DNA from: an uncultured Pseudomonadales bacterium | GTDB taxonomy: Bacteria > Patescibacteriota > Microgenomatia > UBA1400 > Chazhemtobacteraceae | DNA: 64,000 bases | Reading direction: 5' to 3' | Assembly: GCA_964618725.1 (NCBI GenBank) | Contig: CAZUBK010000004.1 | Coordinates: 79,485 to 143,484, forward strand | Shown: in pieces, positions 38,013-47,951 of the stretch | Position numbering within the stretch: position 1 is the stretch's first letter | Layout of the letters: each line of letters begins with the position of its first letter | Made by a program: the position numbers and the translations under genes | Notes under the pieces: generated by a model | What the model was told of the DNA's origin: nothing | Seen by the model: only the letters and a program-made list of their open reading frames with translations | Databases searched by the model: none

Positions 38013-39551
38013 TCAAAATACTCTCATTCGATACTGCAACGCTTCAGCAATATGTTCCGATTTAACAGATTCCGATGAGTTCAAATCGGCGATAGTCCGT
38101 GCTACCTTCAGAACTCTAAAATATGACCTTGCTGACAGATCATACTTCTCTACTGCCAATCTCATTAGCCTGGTGCCTTCTTCGTCAAGCACGCAGTACC
38201 TAGTGACCAATTTGTTTCTCATCTGTGAGTTTGTGTAGATTCCTGTCAAATCTTGGAATCTGTTTTCTTGAATCTTCCTGGCATTTCTAACTTTGTCTCT
38301 AATCTGGCTACTATTCTCTCTACCTTCTACATTCAACCTTCTATCGTCCGCCAACTTTTCTACCTCCACTGCCGGCACATGAACATGTAAATCAATTCGG
38401 TCCAAAATTGGCCCTGAAATTCTCCGTTTATATCTGTCAATCTCCCTAATTGTACAAACACATTCTTTCTTGGGATGATTCAAATACCCACACGGACATG
38501 GGTTCACCGCTGCTACTAACATGAAGTTCGCTGGATACTCAACCCTCCCTGCTGCCCGACTTACCACAACCTTCCCATCTTCCATTGGTTGACGAAGCGA
38601 CTCCATCACTGTCCGAGGAAACTCTGCCATCTCATCCAAAAACATCACTCCTAAGTGCGCCAGACTCACCTCTCCCGGTAAGGGTTTGCTGCCCCCTCCA
38701 ATTAATCCCGCCAAAGAGGTCGAGTGGTGTGGCGACCTGAAAGGTCTCACCCTTATTATTGCTTCACCTGCCCCCAACAGTCCCGTTGCCGAATAAATCC
38801 TTGTCACCTCCAAAGCTTCTTCGGAAGATAATGGGGGCAAAATTCCGGGCAGTGCTCTTGCCAGCATCGTTTTTCCCGATCCTGGGGGTCCACTCATCAA
38901 AATATTGTGTCCACCTGCCGCCGCGATCATACACGCTCTTTTGGCCTGTTCTTGACCCAGAATATCAGCAAAATCAAACTCAATCTCGTGATTACTAACA
39001 AGCCGCTCAATCGGAATTGTTTTTAGCACCTCAATTAACTTTTCCTCATTCAAATGTCTTACTAGGTCCGTTAAGCTAGCAACCGGTAGTACTGTCACTC
39101 CTTCAACCACCGCTGCCTCCTGAGCAGATTCCTTCGGGACGAAAACATCTCCAAAACTCTCTTTCTGTGCCAAAATTCCTACCAATAACACCCCTCGGAC
39201 GTGACGTAGATGTCCATCCAGTGACAACTCGCCATAAAAAATTGCTTTCTCATCCACCCGCTTGACTTGCTCCGATGCCAGCAAAATCCCCACCGCAATC
39301 GGCAAATCATAACAACTACCATCCTTGGCTAAATCTGCTGGCGCCAAATTCACCGTAATCTTTTTCTGTGGGAAAGAAAAATCCGAGTTGGTAATCGCCG
39401 TTCTGACCCTCTCCCTGGCTTCCTCAACCGCTTTACTCGGAAGTCCAACAATATTAAATCCCGGAAATCCTTGAGTCGCAACATCGACCTCAACTTCGAC
39501 AAGAACACTGTTAAGTCCGATATGTGCCACCGAGTTTACCTTAACAATCAT
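38013..39551 (-). CDS. comM: ComM/YifB Mg-chelatase-like AAA+ ATPase
   Basis: VEVEVD, INLAPADL-type motif, GPPGSGKTMLA, RPFRSPHH, NPCPCG, SGPILDRID, VARTIADL. Confidence 0.95.
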   Translation of the reverse strand: MIVKVNSVAHIGLNSVLVEVEVDVATQGFPGFNIVGLPSKAVEEARERVRTAITNSDFSFPQKKITVNLAPADLAKDGSCYDLPIAVGILLASEQVKRVDEKAIFYGELSLDGHLRHVRGVLLVGILAQKESFGDVFVPKESAQEAAVVEGVTVLPVASLTDLVRHLNEEKLIEVLKTIPIERLVSNHEIEFDFADILGQEQAKRACMIAAAGGHNILMSGPPGSGKTMLARALPGILPPLSSEEALEVTRIYSATGLLGAGEAIIRVRPFRSPHHSTSLAGLIGGGSKPLPGEVSLAHLGVMFLDEMAEFPRTVMESLRQPMEDGKVVVSRAAGRVEYPANFMLVAAVNPCPCGYLNHPKKECVCTIREIDRYKRRISGPILDRIDLHVHVPAVEVEKLADDRRLNVEGRENSSQIRDKVRNARKIQENRFQDLTGIYTNSQMRNKLVTRYCVLDEEGTRLMRLAVEKYDLSARSYFRVLKVARTIADLNSSESVKSEHIAEALQYRMRVF

Positions 39552-39582
39552 GGATTGATCTTACTACGACTTTCGCGTATGG

Positions 39583-39727
39583 GTTCTAGATGTTTACAAA
39601 CAAAAACATTACGCAGATTAAGAAAAGCCGGTTCCTGAGTCAAACGAAGGATTTTTCTAATCGAGTTAGAGGCTGGCCGAGTCGCTGGACGAAGAACATG
39701 CCGTTTTTTGTAGTAAATATTTAGAAC
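39583..39727 (+). repeat. Structured dispersed repeat family B, copy 2
   Basis: Terminal stem GTTCTAGATGTTTAC/GTAAATATTTAGAAC; core shared with 24357-24498. Confidence 0.85.
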
Positions 39728-39739
39728 ACTGAAAAAAAC

Positions 39740-40548
39740 TTAAGTCACGTAAAACTTTCCGTCTCTTTCTGTCACTTCCCCTCTTAGTTGCAACATCGAC
39801 AACTCCACGCTTACCTCTCCGACTGATTTCTTCAATTTCATCGCCATCTCATCCATAGTTAGTGCCTCAATAGACAGTAGCTTGTAGAGCGTAGAGCGTG
39901 ATCCACCGTTTTTTCTACCCTCTACCTTCAACCTTCTAAGTTCTAGTGCTTCTAAAATGTCATTCGCGCTTGTCAGCATCTGCGCCTGCCCTTCTTTGAT
40001 TAAATTGTTTGTCCCAACACAAACCTTGGAGGTAATTGGTCCCGGCACCGCAAACAACTTCTTGCCAAATTTGAGTGCCAAATCCGCCGTAATCAAACTT
40101 CCGGATTTCTCCGCCGCCTCAATCACAATTGTTACCTTGCTCATCCTCGCTACAATCCTATTTCGCTGCGGAAACATCCATACTTGGCAGCCCCTTCATA
40201 CTCACTTATAATCAAGCCCTTTTTCTGTATTTCTGAATACAATTTTTGATCTTCAAAAGGGACCTTCCAATCAATCCCCCAGCCCAAAACAGCCACCGTC
40301 TTCCCACCACAGGAAAGCGCTATCTTATGCGCCTCTTGATCCACCCCATACATAAACCCCGAAACAATCGTTATTCCGACGTCACAAAGAGACGGAATAA
40401 TTTTTTCCAAAACCGTCTTTCCATAACTAGTCATCTTTCTACTCCCCACTACTGCCACACAATTTTCTAAATCCGCTTCCTCCAAAACCCCCTTGCGGTA
40501 AAGCTTCTTGACCTCAGGCTTAATATCCTCGAATAACCCTCCATTCAT
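39740..40548 (-). pseudogene. dprA: DNA processing protein DprA, frameshifted near 40180
   Basis: N-part VAVVGSRKMTSYG, VSGFMYGVDQEAH, VAVLGWG, ISEY (40150-40548); C-part FPQRNRIVA, EAAEKSGSLITA, AVPGPI (39740-40177) in another frame. Confidence 0.88.
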
Positions 40549-40628
40549 AACATCATTTTACAAGGTCTCTCCTTGTTATTTACTTATAATTAACACTTGC
40601 AAACCCCAAATTTGTTACACTAATTTTA

Positions 40629-41618
40629 ATGCCCACCGATCAGGATACCAGTCCGACAACTCACATCACCGACCCTGTCATGCCCGAAGATTACTCCACC
40701 GTCAAAACGCCTACTTCACTTCCCCCTCTCCCTAATCTACCTTCTCTTGAGAGGCCTTCTTCTACACCTACATCCTCACCCCCACCTTCACCCATACCAA
40801 GCACCAGACCTTCTCTCGTCACTCCCCCTACCCCTCAACTCGTCCCGGCCTCTCTTCCCCAATCTAAATCAGCCTCTGGCATTGTCATCTTCATTCTGAG
40901 TCTTCTTGCCTTCACAGGCATTGCCGCCAGCACTTTTTTCTACACCCAAAATCGTAAACTAAATCAACAACTCTCCACTCTCGAGTCGATCGAAGCGCAA
41001 CGTACTGTCCCCGAAATCACTCCTACCCCAGAGATCACCCCCGTCTCTACCACCTCCGCCGCTCCCTCTGCCACTCCCTCTGCCTCAATGAGTGCCTTTA
41101 GCAATCTCTCCTCGATTCTTGACTTAGCCAAACAAGAAGCTGATACCGCCCAGCTCTTGATGGTTACCAGTGACAATCTTCTCGCCAGTAAACCCGTTTT
41201 TAAATACTGGTTCCGTCGTGCCCCCAGTCTCAAATCGTATTTCTTCATTCAATACGAAATGGGTTCACCCGCCCAACTCTTCTCTTCTGCTAATGTCACT
41301 CCCGACAACAACATCCCCGACCTAATTGAATATCACAATCAGAATACTCTCGGCCTGGATATCGAAGCCACTCACAAACTCGCTCTTGACCAAGTAGTTA
41401 CCGTTGCCAGCAGCGGCAAGAATCCTGTTTCCGTCAACGCCAAATATCTTCGTTCCTTCAGCAGCAATCCTTCCCTAAATACCCCGGTCAACCTCTGGCA
41501 ATTAAGCTACAAATTTGACGCCAATGCCGGAGTCCCTGACATAATCGTCCAAGTCAATGCTCAAACCTCTGAGATAGTCTTCACTAGTCTTCCCAAAGAG
41601 ATTCCTACTACTCAATGA
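40629..41618 (+). CDS. Single-pass membrane protein with Pro/Ser/Thr-rich regions
   Basis: 329-aa ORF, Pro-rich N-terminus, TM GIVIFILSLLAFTGIAASTFFY. Confidence 0.8.
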   Translation: MPTDQDTSPTTHITDPVMPEDYSTVKTPTSLPPLPNLPSLERPSSTPTSSPPPSPIPSTRPSLVTPPTPQLVPASLPQSKSASGIVIFILSLLAFTGIAASTFFYTQNRKLNQQLSTLESIEAQRTVPEITPTPEITPVSTTSAAPSATPSASMSAFSNLSSILDLAKQEADTAQLLMVTSDNLLASKPVFKYWFRRAPSLKSYFFIQYEMGSPAQLFSSANVTPDNNIPDLIEYHNQNTLGLDIEATHKLALDQVVTVASSGKNPVSVNAKYLRSFSSNPSLNTPVNLWQLSYKFDANAGVPDIIVQVNAQTSEIVFTSLPKEIPTTQ

Positions 41619-41671
41619 CTTGACTTTTGTTCACTGTCATCTTATAGTAACCAAAATTCTGGAGGTGCACT

Positions 41672-42058
41672 TTGTTAAAGATAGCCTATCAACATAGTCT
41701 CGCCAAAATCTGTGAGATCAAGGCCAAAGACGTACCCCTACCTACCCAAGATCATTTAGAGTACTGGCTGGCGCATTGGTCCAACCTTGATTGGATCAAG
41801 AAAATCAAGTTTGTTCTGCTCGCCCTCATCTTCACCCCCCTTGTTCTTTTCACCCTCAACTATATCCAAAAACAGACGGAGCTTGAATCTGAGAGTGTTC
41901 TCCCTCCTTCACAGGAAGATTGGGACAACGACGACACACCGGTCGACCTCTCATCGACCTGGAAAGCCTTCATCAACACCCTTGATCTTCCCCAAAACGC
42001 CGAAGATCAGGACAAACCACCCGGTCGCTATTACAGCGACTATCCCTTCTTTTACTAG
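41672..42058 (+). CDS. Hypothetical single-TM protein (128 aa)
   Basis: SD GGAGGT before TTG, upstream TTGACT..TAGTAA, own terminator. Confidence 0.65.
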   Translation: MLKIAYQHSLAKICEIKAKDVPLPTQDHLEYWLAHWSNLDWIKKIKFVLLALIFTPLVLFTLNYIQKQTELESESVLPPSQEDWDNDDTPVDLSSTWKAFINTLDLPQNAEDQDKPPGRYYSDYPFFY

Positions 42059-42064
42059 TCTCGT

Positions 42065-42088
42065 AAGCGGTGCCACCAGGCACCGCTT
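42065..42088. terminator. Terminator hairpin between convergent genes
   Basis: AAGCGGTGCC-acca-GGCACCGCTT. Confidence 0.75.
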
Positions 42089-42089
42089 C

Positions 42090-42896
42090 TTACTTCATAC
42101 CTTCGACCCACCACTTCTTCCCATCACTGACTACCACCACCTCTCTATCAATATCAGTCCTCAACACTCTTATTCCCAGCACTCCAAGCCTGTCCAACAC
42201 CTCTCTCGTCGGATGTCCGTAACGGTTATCTTTCCCCACCTCAATTATCGCCAATTCCGGCCTTACCGATTTCAAAAACTCTTCACTACTCGAATACTTT
42301 GATCCATGATGCGCCACCTTTAGTACTTCAATGTCTTCCAGCTCTCCCAACATCTCTTCTTCTTGTTTCTCGCTAATATCCGCCATAAATAGAGCATTAA
42401 ACCGACCATAACTTAATTCCAGAACAATCCCTCGCTCGTTAGTTTCTCCTTCGTATCCCTCCCTGGGCCACAAAACTTTGAATTCCAACTCTCCCACTTT
42501 TATTCTCTCTCCTGTCTTTGGATGATACTCATCGTCAACTAGTCGCTTGAACCTTCTGTAATCATCTCCCAGACCTTCCATTCCGTTACTAAGTACCCTG
42601 CCTACTGTGTATCTTTCCAAAATATCTGGTAACCCCCCAATATGATCTTGATCTGGATGAGTACTGACCACCAACTCAATCTCTCTATCCCAAAAAGGCA
42701 TGTTTCTGCCCAAACACGAAAGCACCCCCTCCTCGGTTGGCCCGCCGTCGATCACTATCTGTACCTGTTTCCAGATCACCAACAAAGCATCCCCCTGCCC
42801 CACATCACAGAAAACCACCTTCAATCGCTCTGACGGCCACTGTTTCACCAACCAGAAAACACTCAACCCGAAAACAATCGCTATCCATTTCTTCAT
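42090..42896 (-). CDS. ComEC C-terminal MBL-fold hydrolase (stand-alone)
   Basis: FCDVGQGDA, IDGGP, THPDQDHIGG, LKVAHHGSK, NRYGHP, RTD. Confidence 0.93.
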   Translation of the reverse strand: MKKWIAIVFGLSVFWLVKQWPSERLKVVFCDVGQGDALLVIWKQVQIVIDGGPTEEGVLSCLGRNMPFWDREIELVVSTHPDQDHIGGLPDILERYTVGRVLSNGMEGLGDDYRRFKRLVDDEYHPKTGERIKVGELEFKVLWPREGYEGETNERGIVLELSYGRFNALFMADISEKQEEEMLGELEDIEVLKVAHHGSKYSSSEEFLKSVRPELAIIEVGKDNRYGHPTREVLDRLGVLGIRVLRTDIDREVVVVSDGKKWWVEGMK

Positions 42897-43119
42897 ACAT
42901 CTAGTCTAACCCCTCTTCCCTCACTTGACTCAGAACCCATAACTATATATAATTCACTCAACGCACATTCTAAAAGATACCTGTTTCGCATATCAAGAAA
43001 AAACGAGACTGTAGCATTTACCGCGCACAGCGACCCCATGCTTGACAGGGGCACGTGAGCACGGATAAATGCGCAGTTAAGTAAAAATTCCAAACTGCGA
43101 AACTCGTAAAGGAGTGGAT

Positions 43120-43605
43120 ATGTACTACGAAGACTGGTTACAAAACGACACCGGCCTCACCCGCTTCATCGTCAGCGTCATCCCCAATCTGACTGAAAAC
43201 ATCTACCGGGCCAACTGCTTTGGTCAATACGTCACCCTCGACTTTGGCAATCGCCCGCAAATGCTCGCTCTCGCTATTCGGGATGGCGTCCTTCATTCCA
43301 AGCACCGCGACATCGACACCTTCCTCCACGGCCTTCGCACCTGGAAGCACATGCTCGACATCCGGCTTTTTCACCGCATTCTCGACCTTCTCATCGCCAA
43401 GGACGTTAAATCGACCGCGGCGATCCTCGTCAAACTCGGTTTGCACGAATGCCCATGCGGAGGCAGTAGCACTTGTGAGTTGTGTATCGCCCTTGATCAA
43501 ACCGTCCTCCGTAGTGACCTACGTCGTCGTCAGACAACCCATCCCCACTTTTGTCTCGATGAACTCGACGAAGACGTCTTTGAACTCCTCCAGTACACCA
43601 ACTAA
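43120..43605 (+). CDS. Hypothetical protein with CxC-x5-CxxC cluster
   Basis: SD AAAGGAG, promoter TTGACT-17-TATAAT (42925-42953), HECPCGGSSTCELC, terminator 43609-43629. Confidence 0.7.
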   Translation: MYYEDWLQNDTGLTRFIVSVIPNLTENIYRANCFGQYVTLDFGNRPQMLALAIRDGVLHSKHRDIDTFLHGLRTWKHMLDIRLFHRILDLLIAKDVKSTAAILVKLGLHECPCGGSSTCELCIALDQTVLRSDLRRRQTTHPHFCLDELDEDVFELLQYTN

Positions 43606-43626
43606 ACTTAGGCCCCAATCCGGGGC

Positions 43627-44760
43627 CTACCCTTTTCCAAACCACCCAATCAAGACCACCATCAAATGAAGCAGGCTAAAGCTTATCGGTGCCACTAGAT
43701 TCCCAAGCGGCTCCCAAACTAAATTGAGCAATATCTGAAGCGTTCCTAATACCATCACTGGAGTAATTAACGGCAAAACAAACAGATTGCTGATGATCCC
43801 CATCAAGTTGATTCGTCCAAAATGCCAGGCAATTAGCGGCGCTGTCATCAATGTCGCCGACACCGTCGGTACCAACTCTGTTTGTAATACAAACGATACC
43901 AAACTGTTCTTGAATCTATCAAGCATCTTCTCTAGAAACGGGCTGACATAAATCATTCCCAGCGTTGCCGTTACTGACAACTGAAAACTTACTTCCTCAA
44001 GTAGAGATGGCCGTACCTGTAGCATTATCAAGCACGCCATCAAAAGCAACTCTCCTCCCTCTATTTGTCTTCCCTTTACCTTGGTGAGGAGCATCACACT
44101 CCCCATTATCGCCGCCCTCACAACCGGTGGCTCTCCTCCTGCTAACAATACATAGAATACTATCGCCAAGATCACCAAAACGGTTGCCTCTCTTCGTCTT
44201 AAGAAAAAGTTACTGAGATACAACACCGCCAATCCCACCACACTCACGTTGTATCCCGACGCCACCGCAACATGAATCGTTCCCGACTCAATTAACGCAT
44301 TGGTAAAACCCTTGCCCAAAGACCCCTTATATCCCAACAAGATCCCTGCTAATAGTCCATTTTCCGGCTCAGGTAGCTGTTTTGCTGTGGCTATTAACAG
44401 CTTTTCTCGAAAACTTTCTACCTGCCTGACTAGCCACGCCTTTTTCATCACTTCCATGGATCTTTCCTCTATCCTTGGCTCTATCAAGCTAATCTCACCC
44501 CGCAAGATTTCTATCACTCCCCTGCTACATTTGCCAACCAGGGAAACTTGCTCCCCCACCAAAATTCGCTCTTTCCCCTCCCAAACTACCCGAAAATTGC
44601 CGATCAGTAATATACTCTTTGTTTTATTGCGATATACTTTCTCAACTATTCCCGCAATCCTAACTAGATCATTTGGTTTACACCGCGAAACCAAACCAAA
44701 ATTGACCATTAACCGCAAAGCCAAAAGCAGTAATATCACTCCCACCCTCATATCTTTCAC
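43627..44760 (-). CDS. comEC: ComEC/Rec2 competence channel domain
   Basis: GLLAGILLG, SGTIHVAVASGYNV, PPVVRAAIMG, SFQLS..ATLG. Confidence 0.92.
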   Translation of the reverse strand: MKDMRVGVILLLLALRLMVNFGLVSRCKPNDLVRIAGIVEKVYRNKTKSILLIGNFRVVWEGKERILVGEQVSLVGKCSRGVIEILRGEISLIEPRIEERSMEVMKKAWLVRQVESFREKLLIATAKQLPEPENGLLAGILLGYKGSLGKGFTNALIESGTIHVAVASGYNVSVVGLAVLYLSNFFLRRREATVLVILAIVFYVLLAGGEPPVVRAAIMGSVMLLTKVKGRQIEGGELLLMACLIMLQVRPSLLEEVSFQLSVTATLGMIYVSPFLEKMLDRFKNSLVSFVLQTELVPTVSATLMTAPLIAWHFGRINLMGIISNLFVLPLITPVMVLGTLQILLNLVWEPLGNLVAPISFSLLHLMVVLIGWFGKG

Positions 44761-45389
44761 CAGATCTCCTCCTTGATCTTCTCAAAGACTGCCTTGGTTA
44801 GTATCTTTTTGCTAAGCAATTCGTCAATACTCCCGTATGGCCTCCCTCCAATGATCGCTTTGGCTCGACTTTCGCCGATTCCCGTCAATCTCTCCAGTTG
44901 AGCCTGACTGGATGTATTGATGTTTACTCTACCTCCGATTACTTGACTACCAACACTTATGCTTGTTCCGGCTACCTGTCCTCCCCCTTCTCCCTCTTTG
45001 GGAATGTATATTTTCACTCCATCAGCGACTTTCTGAGCCAGGTTTACATATCTGGCAACGAAGCTTCTGTCTGCGCTACTACTTAAGCCCCCTGCTGCCA
45101 ACAAGGCATCTTTTACCCTAGCCTCACCTTCCAATTGATAAACTCCTGCCTTCTCAACTGCTCCCTGAACATCCACCCAGACTTGTCCTGAGCTGACCAA
45201 AGGATCTTTCCCATTTCTATCCTCTGAAATTATCTCCACTTTTACCGGCGTCCGATTCTCCCACCACCATAATCCTCCTCCAATCAACAAAATACTCCCC
45301 ATTACTCCAACAATCATCATCATCTTCTCTTTACCTACCACCGTTTTGATCTTTTCTATCATCTCTTCCATCCCCTCTATCTTTCCCAT
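44757..45389 (-). CDS. comEA: ComEA DNA receptor (SLBB + HhH)
   Basis: VDVQGAVEKAGVY.L....RVKDAL..AGG, NLAQKVADGVKIYIP, VNINT....LE.L.GIGESRA; start may be a few codons later. Confidence 0.93.
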   Translation of the reverse strand: MGKIEGMEEMIEKIKTVVGKEKMMMIVGVMGSILLIGGGLWWWENRTPVKVEIISEDRNGKDPLVSSGQVWVDVQGAVEKAGVYQLEGEARVKDALLAAGGLSSSADRSFVARYVNLAQKVADGVKIYIPKEGEGGGQVAGTSISVGSQVIGGRVNINTSSQAQLERLTGIGESRAKAIIGGRPYGSIDELLSKKILTKAVFEKIKEEIW

Positions 45390-45404
45390 CCCACCACCTT
45401 CCTG

Positions 45405-47951
45405 TCAACTAGGAATCTCTCTAGAAACAAAATTAACCAGCCTTCCCGGTACAAAAACCGTTTTCTCCCCACCCTTAAGCCATTTGTTGACTTTCTCATT
45501 CCCCCTCACCTTCTCTAAAACCTCTGTCTCTATCCTCGACCCATCTTTGTCCATTTCAAACACTTCTCGGGTTCGTCCATTTACTTGGACAACCATCTTC
45601 ACGGTCTCATCTTCAACTTCAACCGCCTCTGGCCAAGCACTAAAATGGATCGAGGTCTTCTCACCTAGATTGCTCCAGATCTCTTCGGTAATAAAGGGGG
45701 CAAAAGGGGCGAGAATCTTCAAAAACCGCTTCAAGTCATCCTGACTTAACTGTGATTTACTCCAGGCATTGGCAAATTCCATCATCCCAGCAATCGAGGT
45801 ATTAAATTTCTGCGTCGTTATATCCTCGCCTACTTTTTTAACCAGCTTGTTCAGGGCAGCCGCCAGTTTCAACTCACTTGTCCCCGTCACATTTTCAAAA
45901 GACAATTTGTAGATCTTTTCCATGAATCGATAGCACCCCACCAACGATCGGGTATCCCAAGCTATCGCCTGCCCCCAGGGACCCATAAACATTTCGTAAA
46001 CTCGCAAGGCATCAGCTCCAAAACGCGCTACCATATCATCAGGATTGACCACGTTTCCCCACGACTTACTCATCTTCCGTCCGTCATCGGCCAAAATTGT
46101 TCCTCTATCTCTAAGTCTAAGGAATGGCTCCTCAAAAGTAATTAATTCCAAATCATAAAAAGCCTTGGTCCAAAACCTAGCGTACAAAAGATGTAACACT
46201 GCATGTTCCGCCCCCCCCAAGTACCAGTTAACCGGCAACCAATTCTCTAATTTGGGGCGAAAGATCTCTTCCCATTGTTTCTTCAGATCTCCACTTTTTT
46301 CTCCCGCTGTTCTCATTTCCGCTCCATTTAAGGCAAAATATAGAAAGTACCAACACGATCCTGCCCAGTTAGGCATTGTGTCTGTTTCCCGCCTGGCTTT
46401 TTCACCACACTTGGGACAATTTACCTCTACCCATTCGCTAGCCGCTACCAAAGGCGATTCTCCCGTCCCTGAAGGCTCGTATTGCTCCAGGTAAGGCAGT
46501 GTCACTGGCAATTGGTCTTCTGGTACCAGCACCACTCCATTCTCATCACCACACTTACTACAGTAGATCAATGGAAACGGCTCTCCCCAGTAACGCTGAC
46601 GAGAAAAGATCCAATCTCGAAGATGATAGTTGGTCTTTTCTGTGGCCCACTTCTGACCAACCAGCCATTCTGCTATTTTCTTTTTACCTTCCCCCCAAGC
46701 CGGTAGGCCGTCAAACTCTCCTGAATTAATCAGGATTCCATCTTCTTCATGACTCCTGGTCCCCCTAGACACTGCCTCATTTATCTCCCGATCTTCATAT
46801 TTGACTACCTGCTTCATCTTCAAACTGTATTTCTTGGCAAAATCAAAGTCTCGTTCATCGTGAGACGGCACTCCCATCACCGCTCCACTCCCGACGTTAG
46901 CCAAGACATAATCCGCCACCCAAACCGGCACATCTTCTCCAGTGGTTGGATTCTTAACCGTCAATCCAGTATCAACACCAGTCTTGTCTTTAGCTCCTTC
47001 AAGACGGCCCTGTGTAGTTCTGCTCAAAGAAGCAGTCACGTAATCCATCACTTCACCAGACAGTTCTAGCCCCGATTCCGTCCACTCCTTGACTAATTCT
47101 GGTGCCACCACTAAGAAAGTGGCTCCGAAAATGGTCTCGTAGAACTTCGTCCAAACTGGTAACCTCTGACCATTGCTCAACTCAAAAAATATCTCAAGTC
47201 CCCTATCCTTCCCGATCCAGTTCTTTTGCATCTCCAAAATTCCTTTCGGCCAATCCAATCCCTTTCGCTCGTTTCCATCTTCGTCTACCCATTCATAGTA
47301 CATCAAATCATTCAAAAGTCGATCAGCATAATCAGTAATCCGCATCATCCACTGCGGCATCAGTTTCTGCTCGACTTTAGCTCCACACCGTTCGTGGGTT
47401 CCATCAGAAAGGACTTCCTCATTAGCCAAACCAGTCTTACAAAAGGGGCACCAGTTAATTGGAGTTTCTTTTCTATATATCAATCTCTCTCCTTTATCGT
47501 TCTTTAGTGAATACAGCTGTAAGAACAGCCACTGCGTCCACTTGTAATATTTGGGATCAGTCGTACTAAAGCATCTGTCCCAATCGTAAGACACTCCCAC
47601 CAATTCAAACTGGCGTTTGAAATTGGCTTCATTCTTGGGGACCATATCCATTGGATTCGTCTTTCTCTTTATCGCCGCATTCTCTGCTGGCAACCCAAAC
47701 GAGTCCCACCCCATTGGCATCAGTACTTTTTTCCCCCTCATTCTCAGATAACGCGACATAACATCTACAGCCGCAAAGACTCTCAAATGCCCTACATGGA
47801 GCCCTTCTCCCGATGGGTATGGAAACATACCAAGTACATAGGTAGAAGGCCTCTCTTGCCCATCTGACGTCTTGTAAAGACTAAGCTCCTCCCATAGTTT
47901 TCTCCATTTTGACTCGATCGCCTTCGGATCGTATATCTTCCTTTTCAACAT
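45405..47951 (-). CDS. leuS: Leucine--tRNA ligase
   Basis: MFPYPSGEGLHVGH, MGWDSFGLPAEN, SRQRYWGEP, GGAEHAVLHLLYARF, KMSKS. Confidence 0.98.
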   Translation of the reverse strand: MLKRKIYDPKAIESKWRKLWEELSLYKTSDGQERPSTYVLGMFPYPSGEGLHVGHLRVFAAVDVMSRYLRMRGKKVLMPMGWDSFGLPAENAAIKRKTNPMDMVPKNEANFKRQFELVGVSYDWDRCFSTTDPKYYKWTQWLFLQLYSLKNDKGERLIYRKETPINWCPFCKTGLANEEVLSDGTHERCGAKVEQKLMPQWMMRITDYADRLLNDLMYYEWVDEDGNERKGLDWPKGILEMQKNWIGKDRGLEIFFELSNGQRLPVWTKFYETIFGATFLVVAPELVKEWTESGLELSGEVMDYVTASLSRTTQGRLEGAKDKTGVDTGLTVKNPTTGEDVPVWVADYVLANVGSGAVMGVPSHDERDFDFAKKYSLKMKQVVKYEDREINEAVSRGTRSHEEDGILINSGEFDGLPAWGEGKKKIAEWLVGQKWATEKTNYHLRDWIFSRQRYWGEPFPLIYCSKCGDENGVVLVPEDQLPVTLPYLEQYEPSGTGESPLVAASEWVEVNCPKCGEKARRETDTMPNWAGSCWYFLYFALNGAEMRTAGEKSGDLKKQWEEIFRPKLENWLPVNWYLGGAEHAVLHLLYARFWTKAFYDLELITFEEPFLRLRDRGTILADDGRKMSKSWGNVVNPDDMVARFGADALRVYEMFMGPWGQAIAWDTRSLVGCYRFMEKIYKLSFENVTGTSELKLAAALNKLVKKVGEDITTQKFNTSIAGMMEFANAWSKSQLSQDDLKRFLKILAPFAPFITEEIWSNLGEKTSIHFSAWPEAVEVEDETVKMVVQVNGRTREVFEMDKDGSRIETEVLEKVRGNEKVNKWLKGGEKTVFVPGRLVNFVSREIPS

